A program made the translations under genes and the position numbers. Below, in pieces: positions 48,242 to 58,237 of a DNA stretch of 64,000 nt. The stretch comes from a virus (Duplodnaviria; Caudoviricetes): positions 32,001 through 96,000 of IMG/VR virus record IMGVR_UViG_3300021400_000552, one strand, 5' to 3'. The notes under the pieces were generated by a model. It saw only the letters and a list, made by a program, of their open reading frames with translations, did not search any database and was not told the DNA's origin. Numbering within the stretch: position 1 is the first letter of the stretch; each line of letters starts with the position of its first letter.

Positions 48242-48290
48242 AATCACCCCTTTTGTATGCTGCGTAAGACGCGATTTAAGCGATTTTATT

Positions 48291-48470
48291 TTAGTGAGTC
48301 GATAAATTAGTTGGCCTTTCAATTTCAATATATTCAATTGAATCCAAATTATATAATCCGATCCACTGTTTTTCATAAATGACGATAAAATATTTTCCAT
48401 CATACTTATAATCGGTATAATCCGACGTATTATAATGTGCCATATCACCGTTCTTAAATACAATTTCAAT
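48291..48470 (-). CDS. Small hypothetical protein
   Basis: AGGTGG RBS; IEIVFKNG..DY.YDG.YF..YNLD.I motif; start approximate. Confidence 0.55.
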   Translation of the reverse strand: MEIVFKNGDMAHYNTSDYTDYKYDGKYFIVIYEKQWIGLYNLDSIEYIEIERPTNLSTH

Positions 48471-48486
48471 CATTCTCTCACCACCT

Positions 48487-51400
48487 TTATGATTCAACTT
48501 TGCGCCAACGTTTTAAGATTGTTTCCAGTTCATCAATTTGTATCCATTGATCATCTTGTTTCTTCCATTTACGTTCATCGCTGGCACTTAGCGTTAATAT
48601 AATGTCGTTCTTCTGTATAGGATTTTGTTCAAAGGCTTTGCCTTTTATCTTGACTGTCTCAGTCTCTCCAGTTTTGAGGCGATATAATTCTACGATTCTG
48701 TTGTAATACTTATCATTAATATCAACGACAAATGCTAATTTTGCATCAGCATTAGGCTTTATAGTTTCGATGTATCCAAGATATTCTCTTTGATACTTCA
48801 TCTTATCAACAATGCTAGTTTGGCGTTCTTTCCCATCGTCCAAGGCTCTGATCAGTTTCATAGAATCGTCAATTTTGAACATTTTTTCGGTTTCCATAAA
48901 ACCTAAATTTGATAGAATTTTTTGTTCGTTTTTGTTGACATTTTGCTTCGAAATTTGCTTTCTTTCATGCCATTTTGTCAACAATTTATTCTGATATAAT
49001 AACTTTTTTGGACTTCCGAACTCTGAAAAAAAATCAAGTTTGATTAATATATCTAATTGATCAGATTGCACAGACGTTTCAGCGTGAATCGCCTCTAGCA
49101 GCTCATAAAAGTCACTATACTCTCTCTTACCAAGTTCAAACAATTCGTTTGAGATTTTGCGATTTAAATTCTTTACAGATGCCAACCCTTTATAAATTGT
49201 GTTTGTGGCTTTATCATAAGTATACTCCGGCCTTGAATGTCTAAATTTGATGGATGATAATGTTAGTCCAAAATAGTCAAGTTCTTTTGCCAATCTGCGC
49301 GTCTTGTCTTCTTTCTTCTCATAAATATTGAATACCTCTGTGTAATATTCGATTGGGTAATGTGATTTTAGGTAGGCGCAATATAGACAATCAAGTGCAT
49401 ATGCCGTTCCATGCGGACTATTAAAGCCATACGCCATCATACTCTGCATATCTTCCCAAATATCATCAAACCCATCAATAGAACCTGTTTGCTTGATCCA
49501 ACCTTCTCTCAACCTATCGGTGAGATTATCAAAGTCGCTTTGTTTAATTTTCTTTTTTGAGATTTTCTTGATTAACCCAATAGATTCCGCTGGTCCAACA
49601 CCAAGCCATTCGAAATATTGCATCAAGTTTTCTTGAAATAAGACGAAATGATTAGTCGATTCCAAGATATGGTCAAGGTCTTTAGACCCGGTAGTGTATG
49701 GTTTACGATGAATAAAGTCATCCCTGAACGAATTAAATGATGGGCGAATACATGCAACGAATTGTGCCAGTTCTTCAAGTGTCTGTGGTTTATATTCCAT
49801 TACGAGGCTAGTTGCCCATTCGCCATCTACTTGATTCAATGTTGATGTAATTCCATTTGCAAACAGGTCCCAAACTTTATCGTCCAATGAATTGATGAGT
49901 TCGCGAACGCTCATTATAGGTTGATTAATCGATTTAAAAATCTTATTTATAATGTCCCATACCGTGACGATTAAGTAATCATTTTTTAAATATTTATATT
50001 CATCGGCTTCATCGGATGTTATTAGCGCACACAACACACCTTTGGCGCCTCCAATACGAAACACTCCTATTTCCTCCCGTATATCTCCGTTAAATAACAG
50101 ATGCGCACACGGATGTGGGGAGCATGATACGATAGTACCAATATACTTTTGGGCCTCATCAATAAGATCTGACCACTCAGGATCATCTCGATATTTGTCA
50201 ATGTGCATGGCTATCGAATTTGTGAGCGCATATGGTATTCCTCGCGCCCTACATGTATTTCGCACAGCTTCTGATTCTTTTAGTGTTCCGTATGCAATCA
50301 TGGGATAGCATCCATGTTCGCCAAGCAAGTCCTTACTAGCCTTGACGAAAGGCTCCTGCTCAATGATATTATAATCAATATCCGGCATAGCTTTATTTTC
50401 AAGCAATCTGGCTGTTGACATGAATCGTTCGCTGTAGATTGGTAAATTTATTGCTAACCTATCAATTTCAGTCATTCCTAATACTTTATTGATTAAAAAT
50501 GCACCACCAGAGCCTCGGCCACTACGAGTTAATACGCCACCGTATTCGTCGATCGCTCTGTGCATTAATTTGTAGTTAAGCAGGAAGTAATCATCACTAT
50601 GGACGGCGCTAGTTTCTTTGATTACTTGAAATTCCTTTGCTATTTCTTTTCGATATTGATCAATCTTTTCATCTGGAATGCAATCCTCGCGACACATAAC
50701 TGGAAATCTTTTAGCAATGATTTTTTTGAGATCGTTTAATTTAACACTTTCATCCGTATTTGGTGGATATATAGATGGCATTTTAACGTCTTGGTTCAGA
50801 ATAATATCTTCACAATCGTCAAAAATTAGAGTCTGTTCAATACTAGATGCTATATCTCGCTCACTTAATATGCCTTGATTTCTGAATCTATTAAATAACT
50901 CTTCGTAAGATGGATAGTCCAGCATAAAGGCATCTTCGTCGCTATACCCTTCACCTTTACGTTTTCCGGCTATCAGCTCATCTCTATCATTTTTCTGCTC
51001 TGGAAAAATATAATGACTATCATTGGCTGCTATCAGATACAATCCATATTTACTGGAAAATAGATACGCCTTCGCGTTCAGTTCCTTTTGTACATCGACG
51101 TTATGCGATTGAACCTCAAGCATGACGTTCTTTCCGTATTTTTCCACTAAAGGTTCAAATATTTGCGATACCACATCGTCGTCTCGAATGATTCCGGCAA
51201 TACACGCTGTTGTTATGAATAACTCATTGGGCTGAAAGTTCTCAAGCAAATCATTCATAAAAAATCTTGGTCGATAATAATAACCATCCTCATGAGCGTG
51301 TGAACTTGCCAAATTTAACTTTTTCCGAGCTGCATTGGTAGTTGGAATGAGGATAATGTGATAATTACGCCTATCTTTCTCCAATGGATCTGGTACGATG

Positions 51401-51618
51401 TAACCTTCAATTCCGAATTTACAATGAATACCTCGTTGCCGACACAGTGTATTGGCCTCGAATATATCTCCGCCAGAACCGTGATTTGTTGTGAAATATG
51501 TATCCGCACCAAGTTCTTGGATACGATCTAAATAATCAACACATTTGGCATGACTATCAGTTGTCATCAATGATGACATATGATCATGTTTGTGGTAATT
51601 GTTATATCTTTGCTTCAT
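48487..51618 (-). CDS. dnaE: DNA polymerase III alpha subunit (phage DnaE)
   Basis: PHP domain (YHKHDHMS, TNHG, NDSHY), GRGSG, MPDID, HPCA, K.D.L, YGFNSPH..AY..YLK.HYP. Start ATG 51618 after AAAGGA. Confidence 0.95.
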   Translation of the reverse strand: MKQRYNNYHKHDHMSSLMTTDSHAKCVDYLDRIQELGADTYFTTNHGSGGDIFEANTLCRQRGIHCKFGIEGYIVPDPLEKDRRNYHIILIPTTNAARKKLNLASSHAHEDGYYYRPRFFMNDLLENFQPNELFITTACIAGIIRDDDVVSQIFEPLVEKYGKNVMLEVQSHNVDVQKELNAKAYLFSSKYGLYLIAANDSHYIFPEQKNDRDELIAGKRKGEGYSDEDAFMLDYPSYEELFNRFRNQGILSERDIASSIEQTLIFDDCEDIILNQDVKMPSIYPPNTDESVKLNDLKKIIAKRFPVMCREDCIPDEKIDQYRKEIAKEFQVIKETSAVHSDDYFLLNYKLMHRAIDEYGGVLTRSGRGSGGAFLINKVLGMTEIDRLAINLPIYSERFMSTARLLENKAMPDIDYNIIEQEPFVKASKDLLGEHGCYPMIAYGTLKESEAVRNTCRARGIPYALTNSIAMHIDKYRDDPEWSDLIDEAQKYIGTIVSCSPHPCAHLLFNGDIREEIGVFRIGGAKGVLCALITSDEADEYKYLKNDYLIVTVWDIINKIFKSINQPIMSVRELINSLDDKVWDLFANGITSTLNQVDGEWATSLVMEYKPQTLEELAQFVACIRPSFNSFRDDFIHRKPYTTGSKDLDHILESTNHFVLFQENLMQYFEWLGVGPAESIGLIKKISKKKIKQSDFDNLTDRLREGWIKQTGSIDGFDDIWEDMQSMMAYGFNSPHGTAYALDCLYCAYLKSHYPIEYYTEVFNIYEKKEDKTRRLAKELDYFGLTLSSIKFRHSRPEYTYDKATNTIYKGLASVKNLNRKISNELFELGKREYSDFYELLEAIHAETSVQSDQLDILIKLDFFSEFGSPKKLLYQNKLLTKWHERKQISKQNVNKNEQKILSNLGFMETEKMFKIDDSMKLIRALDDGKERQTSIVDKMKYQREYLGYIETIKPNADAKLAFVVDINDKYYNRIVELYRLKTGETETVKIKGKAFEQNPIQKNDIILTLSASDERKWKKQDDQWIQIDELETILKRWRKVES

Positions 51619-51775
51619 AGTAATGTAGTCCTTTAGCTTTGAATTCTCTAGGCATAGGTCTAGTACCAAGAAACCAACGATTTATAACTCGTCCATAATT
51701 ACTAACCCGATACCTTTCTTCATATCCACGAACATCTCTCCATTTTTCATGAGTATTCTTTGGAGTATCACTCAC
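51602..51775 (-). pseudogene. NUMOD4 homing-endonuclease remnant (57 aa, not in ORF track)
   Basis: VSDTPKNTHEKWRDVRGYEERYRVSNYGRVINRWFLGTRPMPREFKAKGLHYYEAKI: a NUMOD4 motif fused directly to an HE C-terminal tail, with no nuclease domain. Confidence 0.7.
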
Positions 51776-52884
51776 AGAAATGACTCCAAATCTTCACTCA
51801 TTAATCTCTTCTGTTCTAGAAAATCCGCAAAATGTTTACAATGTTTACTATGACCGCATAGCGCAGAACAAAAGAAATAGTCATCAACTTCTCGTCCATT
51901 CTTTGTAAATTTGGTAAATGACCGTGGTTCCCATTGATCTACGTCATCATTGCTACGTTGATTAAACTGCGTTATCATATTTTCAATCCATTCCTTACAC
52001 TCCTCTCTAGTCTTATCATTGAGCGGATACTCAACAATGCAAGGTGTGATTAAATAATTCTCTCTGACTGAAGCCGGAAGACCATCCAGCGAATTTGTCG
52101 TAAGAGCCATATCAACAAGCATTTCAATTTCGATATCATCATAATCATTCTCTATCAGATCCTGTCTAATATATGGTTCAAGCTCCTGAACTAATTTGCG
52201 ACGATTAATATTTTTTACAATTTTAGTTTTGCATTTTGAATTAATTCGCGCCTTCCCCATAAAGATTACGGTTACATATTTTAAGAAATACCAAGCGATT
52301 TTCTTTACTCGTTTGCCGTTTTGTTCAGCAGCTAATGCATATATTAGTAATTGTTTAGCATGTTCATCCAAATCGTTCCCGCTATACATGCTACTAGTTT
52401 TCCAGTCATATATAGAAATTTGATCTTTATCTACTTGATCGTGCTCAATTAAATCTATGTAACCTTGAATAAACGTATCTTCATTAATTTTATATAAGAA
52501 AAATTCCTCCGTATTAAATGTCCCCTTTGGTGGGATGAAATTTTTTGCAAAATGCCTCATATCCGCCATCCAATTATCTTGAATAGTGTTATTACCTTTG
52601 CGATCTTTGGGGAAAGATAACCCAAGTAGTTCTGCCTGTTCAAAGCTATCATCGACAATGTCTGGTAAACTTCTTACATGCATCTTGCCCTGCATAATAG
52701 CTTCTAATGCATCATGTATATTGCCACCAAGAACACCATATATATTATTTTCACCGCGGCAATGCTTTACATATGTTAAATAAGCGGCATATGGACAATT
52801 TTCCATAGTAGATAATTTGGAAAACGAATATACGTTTTTACCGTCCTTGAACAATTGCTGCAAGGTTTCATTTTCTGCTCTCAC
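51772..52884 (-). CDS. PD-(D/E)xK exonuclease (RecB/AddB/Cas4-like)
   Basis: YSFSKL...CPY, G..IH..LE, GYIDLI, IYDWKT, QL.IY, C-terminal C..LC.....C. Confidence 0.85.
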   Translation of the reverse strand: MRAENETLQQLFKDGKNVYSFSKLSTMENCPYAAYLTYVKHCRGENNIYGVLGGNIHDALEAIMQGKMHVRSLPDIVDDSFEQAELLGLSFPKDRKGNNTIQDNWMADMRHFAKNFIPPKGTFNTEEFFLYKINEDTFIQGYIDLIEHDQVDKDQISIYDWKTSSMYSGNDLDEHAKQLLIYALAAEQNGKRVKKIAWYFLKYVTVIFMGKARINSKCKTKIVKNINRRKLVQELEPYIRQDLIENDYDDIEIEMLVDMALTTNSLDGLPASVRENYLITPCIVEYPLNDKTREECKEWIENMITQFNQRSNDDVDQWEPRSFTKFTKNGREVDDYFFCSALCGHSKHCKHFADFLEQKRLMSEDLESFL

Positions 52885-52886
52885 AC

Positions 52887-53939
52887 CTATTGTTCATCAC
52901 CTCCAAGCCATATAACTTTATTTTGTAATAACTTTTGAAATGTTTCTTTACCAAGATCCGTCGGGGAGCACTTGCTCCCCTTCGGCATCAACTCATGTTC
53001 TCTGTCGAAAATGTATCCGACATTTAAATGATATATATGATTTCGCATTTGCAGCTTATTTGCTGCATCGCGAAGTATTGATTCGTCAAGCCCTTCGTCA
53101 AAAGCTACGATTATTCTGTTAATGCTGGCGCAATTACTTTTTAATATTTTCGCTTGCACATCCGACACTGTATTTGTACATGTCGCTAATCCGAAATTAA
53201 ACCCCATTGAATCCATTTGCATCACAGATTTTTCACTCTCTACAAGAACGCATCCAGCTCCTTGCTCTATAGATCGGATATTATTAGCATATCCGAATAA
53301 TGTTAGACTACGCGGACATGGAATGATTGGCAACCAACGTTCGCTATAGTCACATACAGAACTATTCATGCGGCCCATTAATCCTATTAGATTTCCATAA
53401 ATATCTCGTTGCGGGATAATAATTCTTCCAGAATCCGCGTCATAACCAAGCTCATATTTGACTTGAGATGCGAAATCAATACCGTCCTTATAAAACAACA
53501 TATTGGTTCTGATTCCGCCATATTCTGCTAACGTATTTTCTGGTAAGATGCTTAAATTTGCTTCAGGTGATTCTTTATCTTTAAGAATGTCACGCCAAAA
53601 CCCATCAAATGGAAGTTTAATTGTGCAATCTTGGTAGCCATTGTCTTTAAGATTTAATTTACGCCCAATCCACTCCAGTGCGTAACGAAAGCCTAACTTC
53701 CTACGATCCATAACTAACGATACGATGGATCCTTTTGCACCGGTTGAAAAACATTTATAAAACAATGTTTTTGTGTTTATACACACGGATGTCGGGTTGT
53801 GCCCATCTTTCCTTGAACAGCGAATTTCATTTCGCCGCTCATTATATGCAATATTGCACATCCCAAGCTCTTCGAGGATTGTAACGATGTCGTCGACATT
53901 GTTGCGTAGATGTTCGTTTATTTTAATAACGCTGTACAC
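52887..53939 (-). CDS. DNA primase (DnaG-like)
   Basis: N-terminal zinc-ribbon-like region, RIIIP.RD..G.L.G..GR, TOPRIM VESEKS...AFDEG, K.SPTD. Confidence 0.8.
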   Translation of the reverse strand: MYSVIKINEHLRNNVDDIVTILEELGMCNIAYNERRNEIRCSRKDGHNPTSVCINTKTLFYKCFSTGAKGSIVSLVMDRRKLGFRYALEWIGRKLNLKDNGYQDCTIKLPFDGFWRDILKDKESPEANLSILPENTLAEYGGIRTNMLFYKDGIDFASQVKYELGYDADSGRIIIPQRDIYGNLIGLMGRMNSSVCDYSERWLPIIPCPRSLTLFGYANNIRSIEQGAGCVLVESEKSVMQMDSMGFNFGLATCTNTVSDVQAKILKSNCASINRIIVAFDEGLDESILRDAANKLQMRNHIYHLNVGYIFDREHELMPKGSKCSPTDLGKETFQKLLQNKVIWLGGDEQ

Positions 53940-53943
53940 CTAC

Positions 53944-55422
53944 TCACCCCTTTCGAGAATAACCATCGAAATCTACGTGTGTATATCCGACTTCTTTCAT
54001 CGTATTGTAATCCATATTGCGCTCATATATTATTGGCGGTCCAATACTTCCGAATCTGTTTTTGGGCGTGAATAAGATAACATAATCCTTTTCTGGGTCA
54101 AGTGGTATCTCGCGTGTCTTCCTTTCGTAATTGACCCCAACATCCTCGTAGGCGAAAGCTTTGATTTTGTTATTTTCCAGTTCCGATTTGCTAACTGATC
54201 GGAACATTACAACTTGCGTTGCTGTTTCAGCAATGGCACGTGATTTACCAACGCAAGACAGGTCTAAGTATCTCCTACTCATACTATCCGATGATAGTTG
54301 TGCTGTAGCGACGATAGCAACGTCGCATTTTTTGGCCAGCAAAAAAAGTTGTTTTGCTACTTCACTGAATTCTGCCCAGGCTCTGTCTGTAGATTCAACC
54401 GTAGGCTTTAGCGTGTCAAAAATAAACAATGTGTATTTCTGTTTGCTATATTTTTTGATGATCTTTTGTACATTTCCGATGGAATAGTCACGCGTCTCAA
54501 CCATACAAATGTTGCCTGGTTGGCTTGCGATCCAATCCTGTCCTTGTTGCATTATGTCTAATTGTTCAGCAGTATAACCTCCCTCAATAAACTTTGATCG
54601 ATTTATAATGCGAGATCCTAATGTGTGACACACCACGGTGGACAGTATCATTTGCCTGAATTCAGAAACGTCTTGTTCATTAGCGATTATACAGACATTC
54701 TCTCCGTTTTGAATTGCCGGTAAAATATAGAATAAGATAGCTGATGTTGTTTTACCGTTACCGATATGAGCCATGTGAAGAAGCAAATTTTTCTTGTGAA
54801 CACCCATCAGCCTATCATTTAGAAGATTGAAACCAATTGGGGTTCCTTTCATGAACCCTGTGTCCCATTGTTTTATGTATGATGCGTATCCTTGAGACAA
54901 ATCTTCGGCTTGCATTCTATCGACATTTGATATACAGGTCTCATCAACAAGCCTTTCTACCTCGTCGTATAGTTGTTCGGAGTTTAGTGATTGATAATAT
55001 GTCAGGCTATCTATTACGTTGAAACCGTTCTGATGAAGACGAATCAACATGTTAGATTTAATTAATTCATCATAGTAGCCGTCGATGTTGTCTGTTTGGA
55101 TGGTGTCTAATATTTCTGCGACCGTATAGTAACCGCCACGTGTTTCGAATTCTTCACGCAACTTTTCACGATCCACTAAATAACTTGCTATTGCCATATT
55201 GTCTATGACATCAAAACCTAAATCGTGTACACCACACAAGATTTTGAAATATATTTTTCCATCTTCTGACAACAAATCGTCATCGTTGATTAGTGGAGCG
55301 TAATCTTCGTATAGTAGCGGATCTTTCCATAGTGAGAATACTAGATTGCATTCAATCGCGCCCCTGTTTTTAAGTAATTGCTTTGGGATTGACGAACCTC
55401 TAGCGACTCTCCTTGCAGCCAT
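53944..55422 (-). CDS. dnaB: Replicative helicase (DnaB-like)
   Basis: Walker A-like AHIGNGKTT, ANE, IFDT, TAQL, KNRFG. Confidence 0.8.
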   Translation of the reverse strand: MAARRVARGSSIPKQLLKNRGAIECNLVFSLWKDPLLYEDYAPLINDDDLLSEDGKIYFKILCGVHDLGFDVIDNMAIASYLVDREKLREEFETRGGYYTVAEILDTIQTDNIDGYYDELIKSNMLIRLHQNGFNVIDSLTYYQSLNSEQLYDEVERLVDETCISNVDRMQAEDLSQGYASYIKQWDTGFMKGTPIGFNLLNDRLMGVHKKNLLLHMAHIGNGKTTSAILFYILPAIQNGENVCIIANEQDVSEFRQMILSTVVCHTLGSRIINRSKFIEGGYTAEQLDIMQQGQDWIASQPGNICMVETRDYSIGNVQKIIKKYSKQKYTLFIFDTLKPTVESTDRAWAEFSEVAKQLFLLAKKCDVAIVATAQLSSDSMSRRYLDLSCVGKSRAIAETATQVVMFRSVSKSELENNKIKAFAYEDVGVNYERKTREIPLDPEKDYVILFTPKNRFGSIGPPIIYERNMDYNTMKEVGYTHVDFDGYSRKG

Positions 55423-55425
55423 TTG

Positions 55426-56514
55426 TTATGCCAGTAACTCAATAAGGTTTTCGAGAACTTCGATTGGCATGTCGGGGTCTTTGATATTAGAACATCCAGT
55501 ATCTAGAATCATTTTCTTAAATTTCTGTTTAACGTCTTTATCTGCACCCGGCAATTTTTTTGAAATTTGATCAACATAGTTCGATCTTAAATTTTCTTTA
55601 GCCGCCTTAGCTTTTTCTTCCTCCTCTTTCTTCTTAGCGACCTCTGCTTTTCTTTTAGCCTCAGCCTCCTCTTCGGCCTTAAGCTTTTTAAGATCAACAT
55701 CTCCATCCATTGACCCCCTAACACCTTGTTCAAAGGCGTCAAGGAATTCACGTGGCGAAAGATGAATCTTTTCTGGGAGGTTAGAAAAACGACTGCCTGC
55801 GTCTACTTCTGATGTGCCACGCAGATACACAACTCTATCTTCATTGACAATTTTTCCATTTACAATATCTCTATCCATGACGCCAACCATCACCATCTGA
55901 GCTGCATCTGCAATTTTTGTGTAAATGTTGCCTTGTAAATTGTTGGTAATCTGTTCGTACTTTTCACCAGTTTTGAGATCAGTTTTTTCTTTATTTTTTG
56001 TATGACACAGATAGAAAACGGCCAAACCAGCCATTCTCAATCTATTTTCCTGCTCCCTCATTAAAGAAATCAGCCTATCAACGCCTCTTGCAAAACCGCC
56101 AAAGGCATCATTTAAGCTCTTACATACCGTACCTTTTTCACGCTTATGTTGCTTTAAAACTTCTTCTGTGCAGACATCCACCATTGTATCCAATGTATCG
56201 AAACATACACCTTTAATGCCGTACTCGTTATTATTTTCTACAATATCATCTACAATCTGCACAAAACCACGAAGATCAGTGTCTTCATCGTATGGGGCGT
56301 CCCACTTCTGTGCAACTTCGACTTGGATCCCATCTAATGCATGATAGCCTTCTTCATTACCGAACGAGATCAGCAATCCTCTTGTGTCGTCGCCCCATGC
56401 TTCTCTAACCAGGTCGCGCCAGAATGTGGTCTTGCCAAACTTTCGTTCTGCAAGGAATATATATGGTGGATAGCTGCAGAGGTCTGCTTTAACTTTATTA
56501 ATCTTGAATCCCAT
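55426..56514 (-). CDS. AAA ATPase (Sak4/AAA_24-like recombination protein)
   Basis: KFGKTT, E.GY.A, FDT.D, GGF.RG, HTK.K, AGSRF. Confidence 0.75.
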   Translation of the reverse strand: MGFKINKVKADLCSYPPYIFLAERKFGKTTFWRDLVREAWGDDTRGLLISFGNEEGYHALDGIQVEVAQKWDAPYDEDTDLRGFVQIVDDIVENNNEYGIKGVCFDTLDTMVDVCTEEVLKQHKREKGTVCKSLNDAFGGFARGVDRLISLMREQENRLRMAGLAVFYLCHTKNKEKTDLKTGEKYEQITNNLQGNIYTKIADAAQMVMVGVMDRDIVNGKIVNEDRVVYLRGTSEVDAGSRFSNLPEKIHLSPREFLDAFEQGVRGSMDGDVDLKKLKAEEEAEAKRKAEVAKKKEEEEKAKAAKENLRSNYVDQISKKLPGADKDVKQKFKKMILDTGCSNIKDPDMPIEVLENLIELLA

Positions 56515-56526
56515 TTATCCTCCTTT

Positions 56527-57591
56527 CTAGCCAAGTAAATCTTCCAGTGTGGTGTCTGATAATTCGTCATCATCATCCGATTCGTCAATTACTTCCTCAA
56601 TTTTGACTGGAGTTTCAGTCGGAGAGTATACCTGCTCCTGCAACTCATCCATAGTGTAGCCGGCGTCGACAGGTCCATCAGAGAATTCGCCATTAAGCAT
56701 CTGCTTAAAGAATCGGAATTCATAGATGTTCTCACCAATTGCACTTGCAAAATCTTCTGGCTTCGCAATACCACACTCGATCTGTTGTTTCTGACGATCT
56801 GTAAGCATATCTGGGTCGAAATCCTGTGTTTCTACGCCGCGAATTACCTTGCAATCCCATGGCAGATGAATGATATCCTTATCTTTAATATCAATATCCA
56901 TCAAAAGCATCTTTGCGTACTTCTGATGTTGTTCACTATCATCGAATTTACTTACATCCAAGACAACTCTCTGTGGAACGAATTTCTCACCTTCATCTTT
57001 GTTGATGTACTGTTTAATATATCCATCTACAATGATACGCTTCTTGTCTTTAAATTCGGATTTGTCAATACATTCCTTGTTATAATACAGATCAAGCTTC
57101 AAATGCAGAGAATTCCGCTCTGCGGTGGATGCACGAACAGTTTCAACCTCAAATTTGTCAAACATCTCACCCTTCCAAAATGACCTACTATATCTGCCGC
57201 TGCAGAAAATTTTACCGCTATATGTAGTGAGTTTTTCCTCTAAATATTCAATAAAATCATACTTTGATAGAAAATGTTTTTCTCCTTCATCAAATTCCGC
57301 AGTAAATAATCTGTAATTTGGAATATCGGAAATAATATCGCTATCAAATCGACTGTCCCATGGAACCTCGATCTGATTTCCATCTTTATCATATGACATA
57401 ATTGTGTCATACTTGACACCAAAACCCTCAACCCACATTGAGTTGTTGCGGCTTTCTTTTACGCCAAACCTAATTGACGCCATATCCGTGTCTTTGTTCG
57501 CACCTCCTTTCCACTTTCTGACAAATGAATCATTGCTCTTTTTTGAGATAATCGGTTCACCAACAAAACTAAATCTTGCTATGTACGCCAA
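56527..57591 (-). CDS. Single-stranded DNA-binding protein-like
   Basis: OB-like N-terminus (RFSFVG), strongly acidic C-terminus, upstream of the AAA ATPase/helicase as in SPbeta-like phages. TTG start after GGGAG. Confidence 0.6.
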   Translation of the reverse strand: MAYIARFSFVGEPIISKKSNDSFVRKWKGGANKDTDMASIRFGVKESRNNSMWVEGFGVKYDTIMSYDKDGNQIEVPWDSRFDSDIISDIPNYRLFTAEFDEGEKHFLSKYDFIEYLEEKLTTYSGKIFCSGRYSRSFWKGEMFDKFEVETVRASTAERNSLHLKLDLYYNKECIDKSEFKDKKRIIVDGYIKQYINKDEGEKFVPQRVVLDVSKFDDSEQHQKYAKMLLMDIDIKDKDIIHLPWDCKVIRGVETQDFDPDMLTDRQKQQIECGIAKPEDFASAIGENIYEFRFFKQMLNGEFSDGPVDAGYTMDELQEQVYSPTETPVKIEEVIDESDDDDELSDTTLEDLLG

Positions 57592-57614
57592 AACACTATT
57601 CTCCCTTCTAATAA

Positions 57615-58004
57615 TTATTCTAAAACTTCTATGTAGTCGCTAATATGAATAGTGAAACCTTGCTCAAACTCATTGTTTCTTTGTAGATAATTTTCATCAT
57701 TGTTATTTGGATCGTCATCCCATGGAACGCTCCACTGACATTTTTTGCCATTTTCGAAAATTACATCTACCCATGAAATATCACGAGCTCGGCACAATCT
57801 ATTAAAAATATCTGGACTACGATAGATTTCCTTATCAAAAAAAATATGTGTGCTATACGGGATATGATCAAACACATCAGCCATTGGCCATTTCGTACGT
57901 TCAACGCCCATTGCCTCAATATACTTCCTTGGAACAACAATCTGTTCCAAATTTTCAAATGTAATAACGATATGTTTAATCTTTGTTAAGTTGAAATAAT
58001 CCAT
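57615..58004 (-). CDS. Hypothetical phage protein
   Basis: I.FEN.E..DI..V...VPW...N.LQ motif; AGGGGA RBS. Confidence 0.6.
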   Translation of the reverse strand: MDYFNLTKIKHIVITFENLEQIVVPRKYIEAMGVERTKWPMADVFDHIPYSTHIFFDKEIYRSPDIFNRLCRARDISWVDVIFENGKKCQWSVPWDDDPNNNDENYLQRNNEFEQGFTIHISDYIEVLE

Positions 58005-58028
58005 TACAAATCCCCTATGTTTGTTACA

Positions 58029-58190
58029 TCAATATCTTTTATTCTTTTTGTTATGTAACATTACAGATGCCGCATACTGTGCTTCCATATTTCCAGAAGC
58101 TGCCTTCGCTAGTAAAATATCCCCAATAGACGCTGTAGAACGCCTATATGGACGCTGTGATTGTTTTAACTTTGACTTACTAGATTTCAA
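58029..58190 (-). CDS. Small basic protein (53 aa, not in ORF track)
   Basis: GAGGTGG RBS then TTG: MKSSKSKLKQSQRPYRRSTASIGDILLAKAASGNMEAQYAASVMLHNKKNKRY. Confidence 0.55.
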   Translation of the reverse strand: MKSSKSKLKQSQRPYRRSTASIGDILLAKAASGNMEAQYAASVMLHNKKNKRY

Positions 58191-58237
58191 TTTACCACCT
58201 CACTTGTTATATTTTATATTTAATGTATTTAAAAAAA

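Noticed and set aside
51772-52884. CRISPR-associated Cas4 / adaptation system
   Set aside because: It has a four-Cys PD-(D/E)xK fold but lies in the replication operon with no cas genes or array. It is an ordinary phage exonuclease.
48487-55422. Inteins in DnaE or DnaB
   Set aside because: Lengths are normal, and no C..HN(C/S/T) splice motifs or LAGLIDADG blocks were seen.
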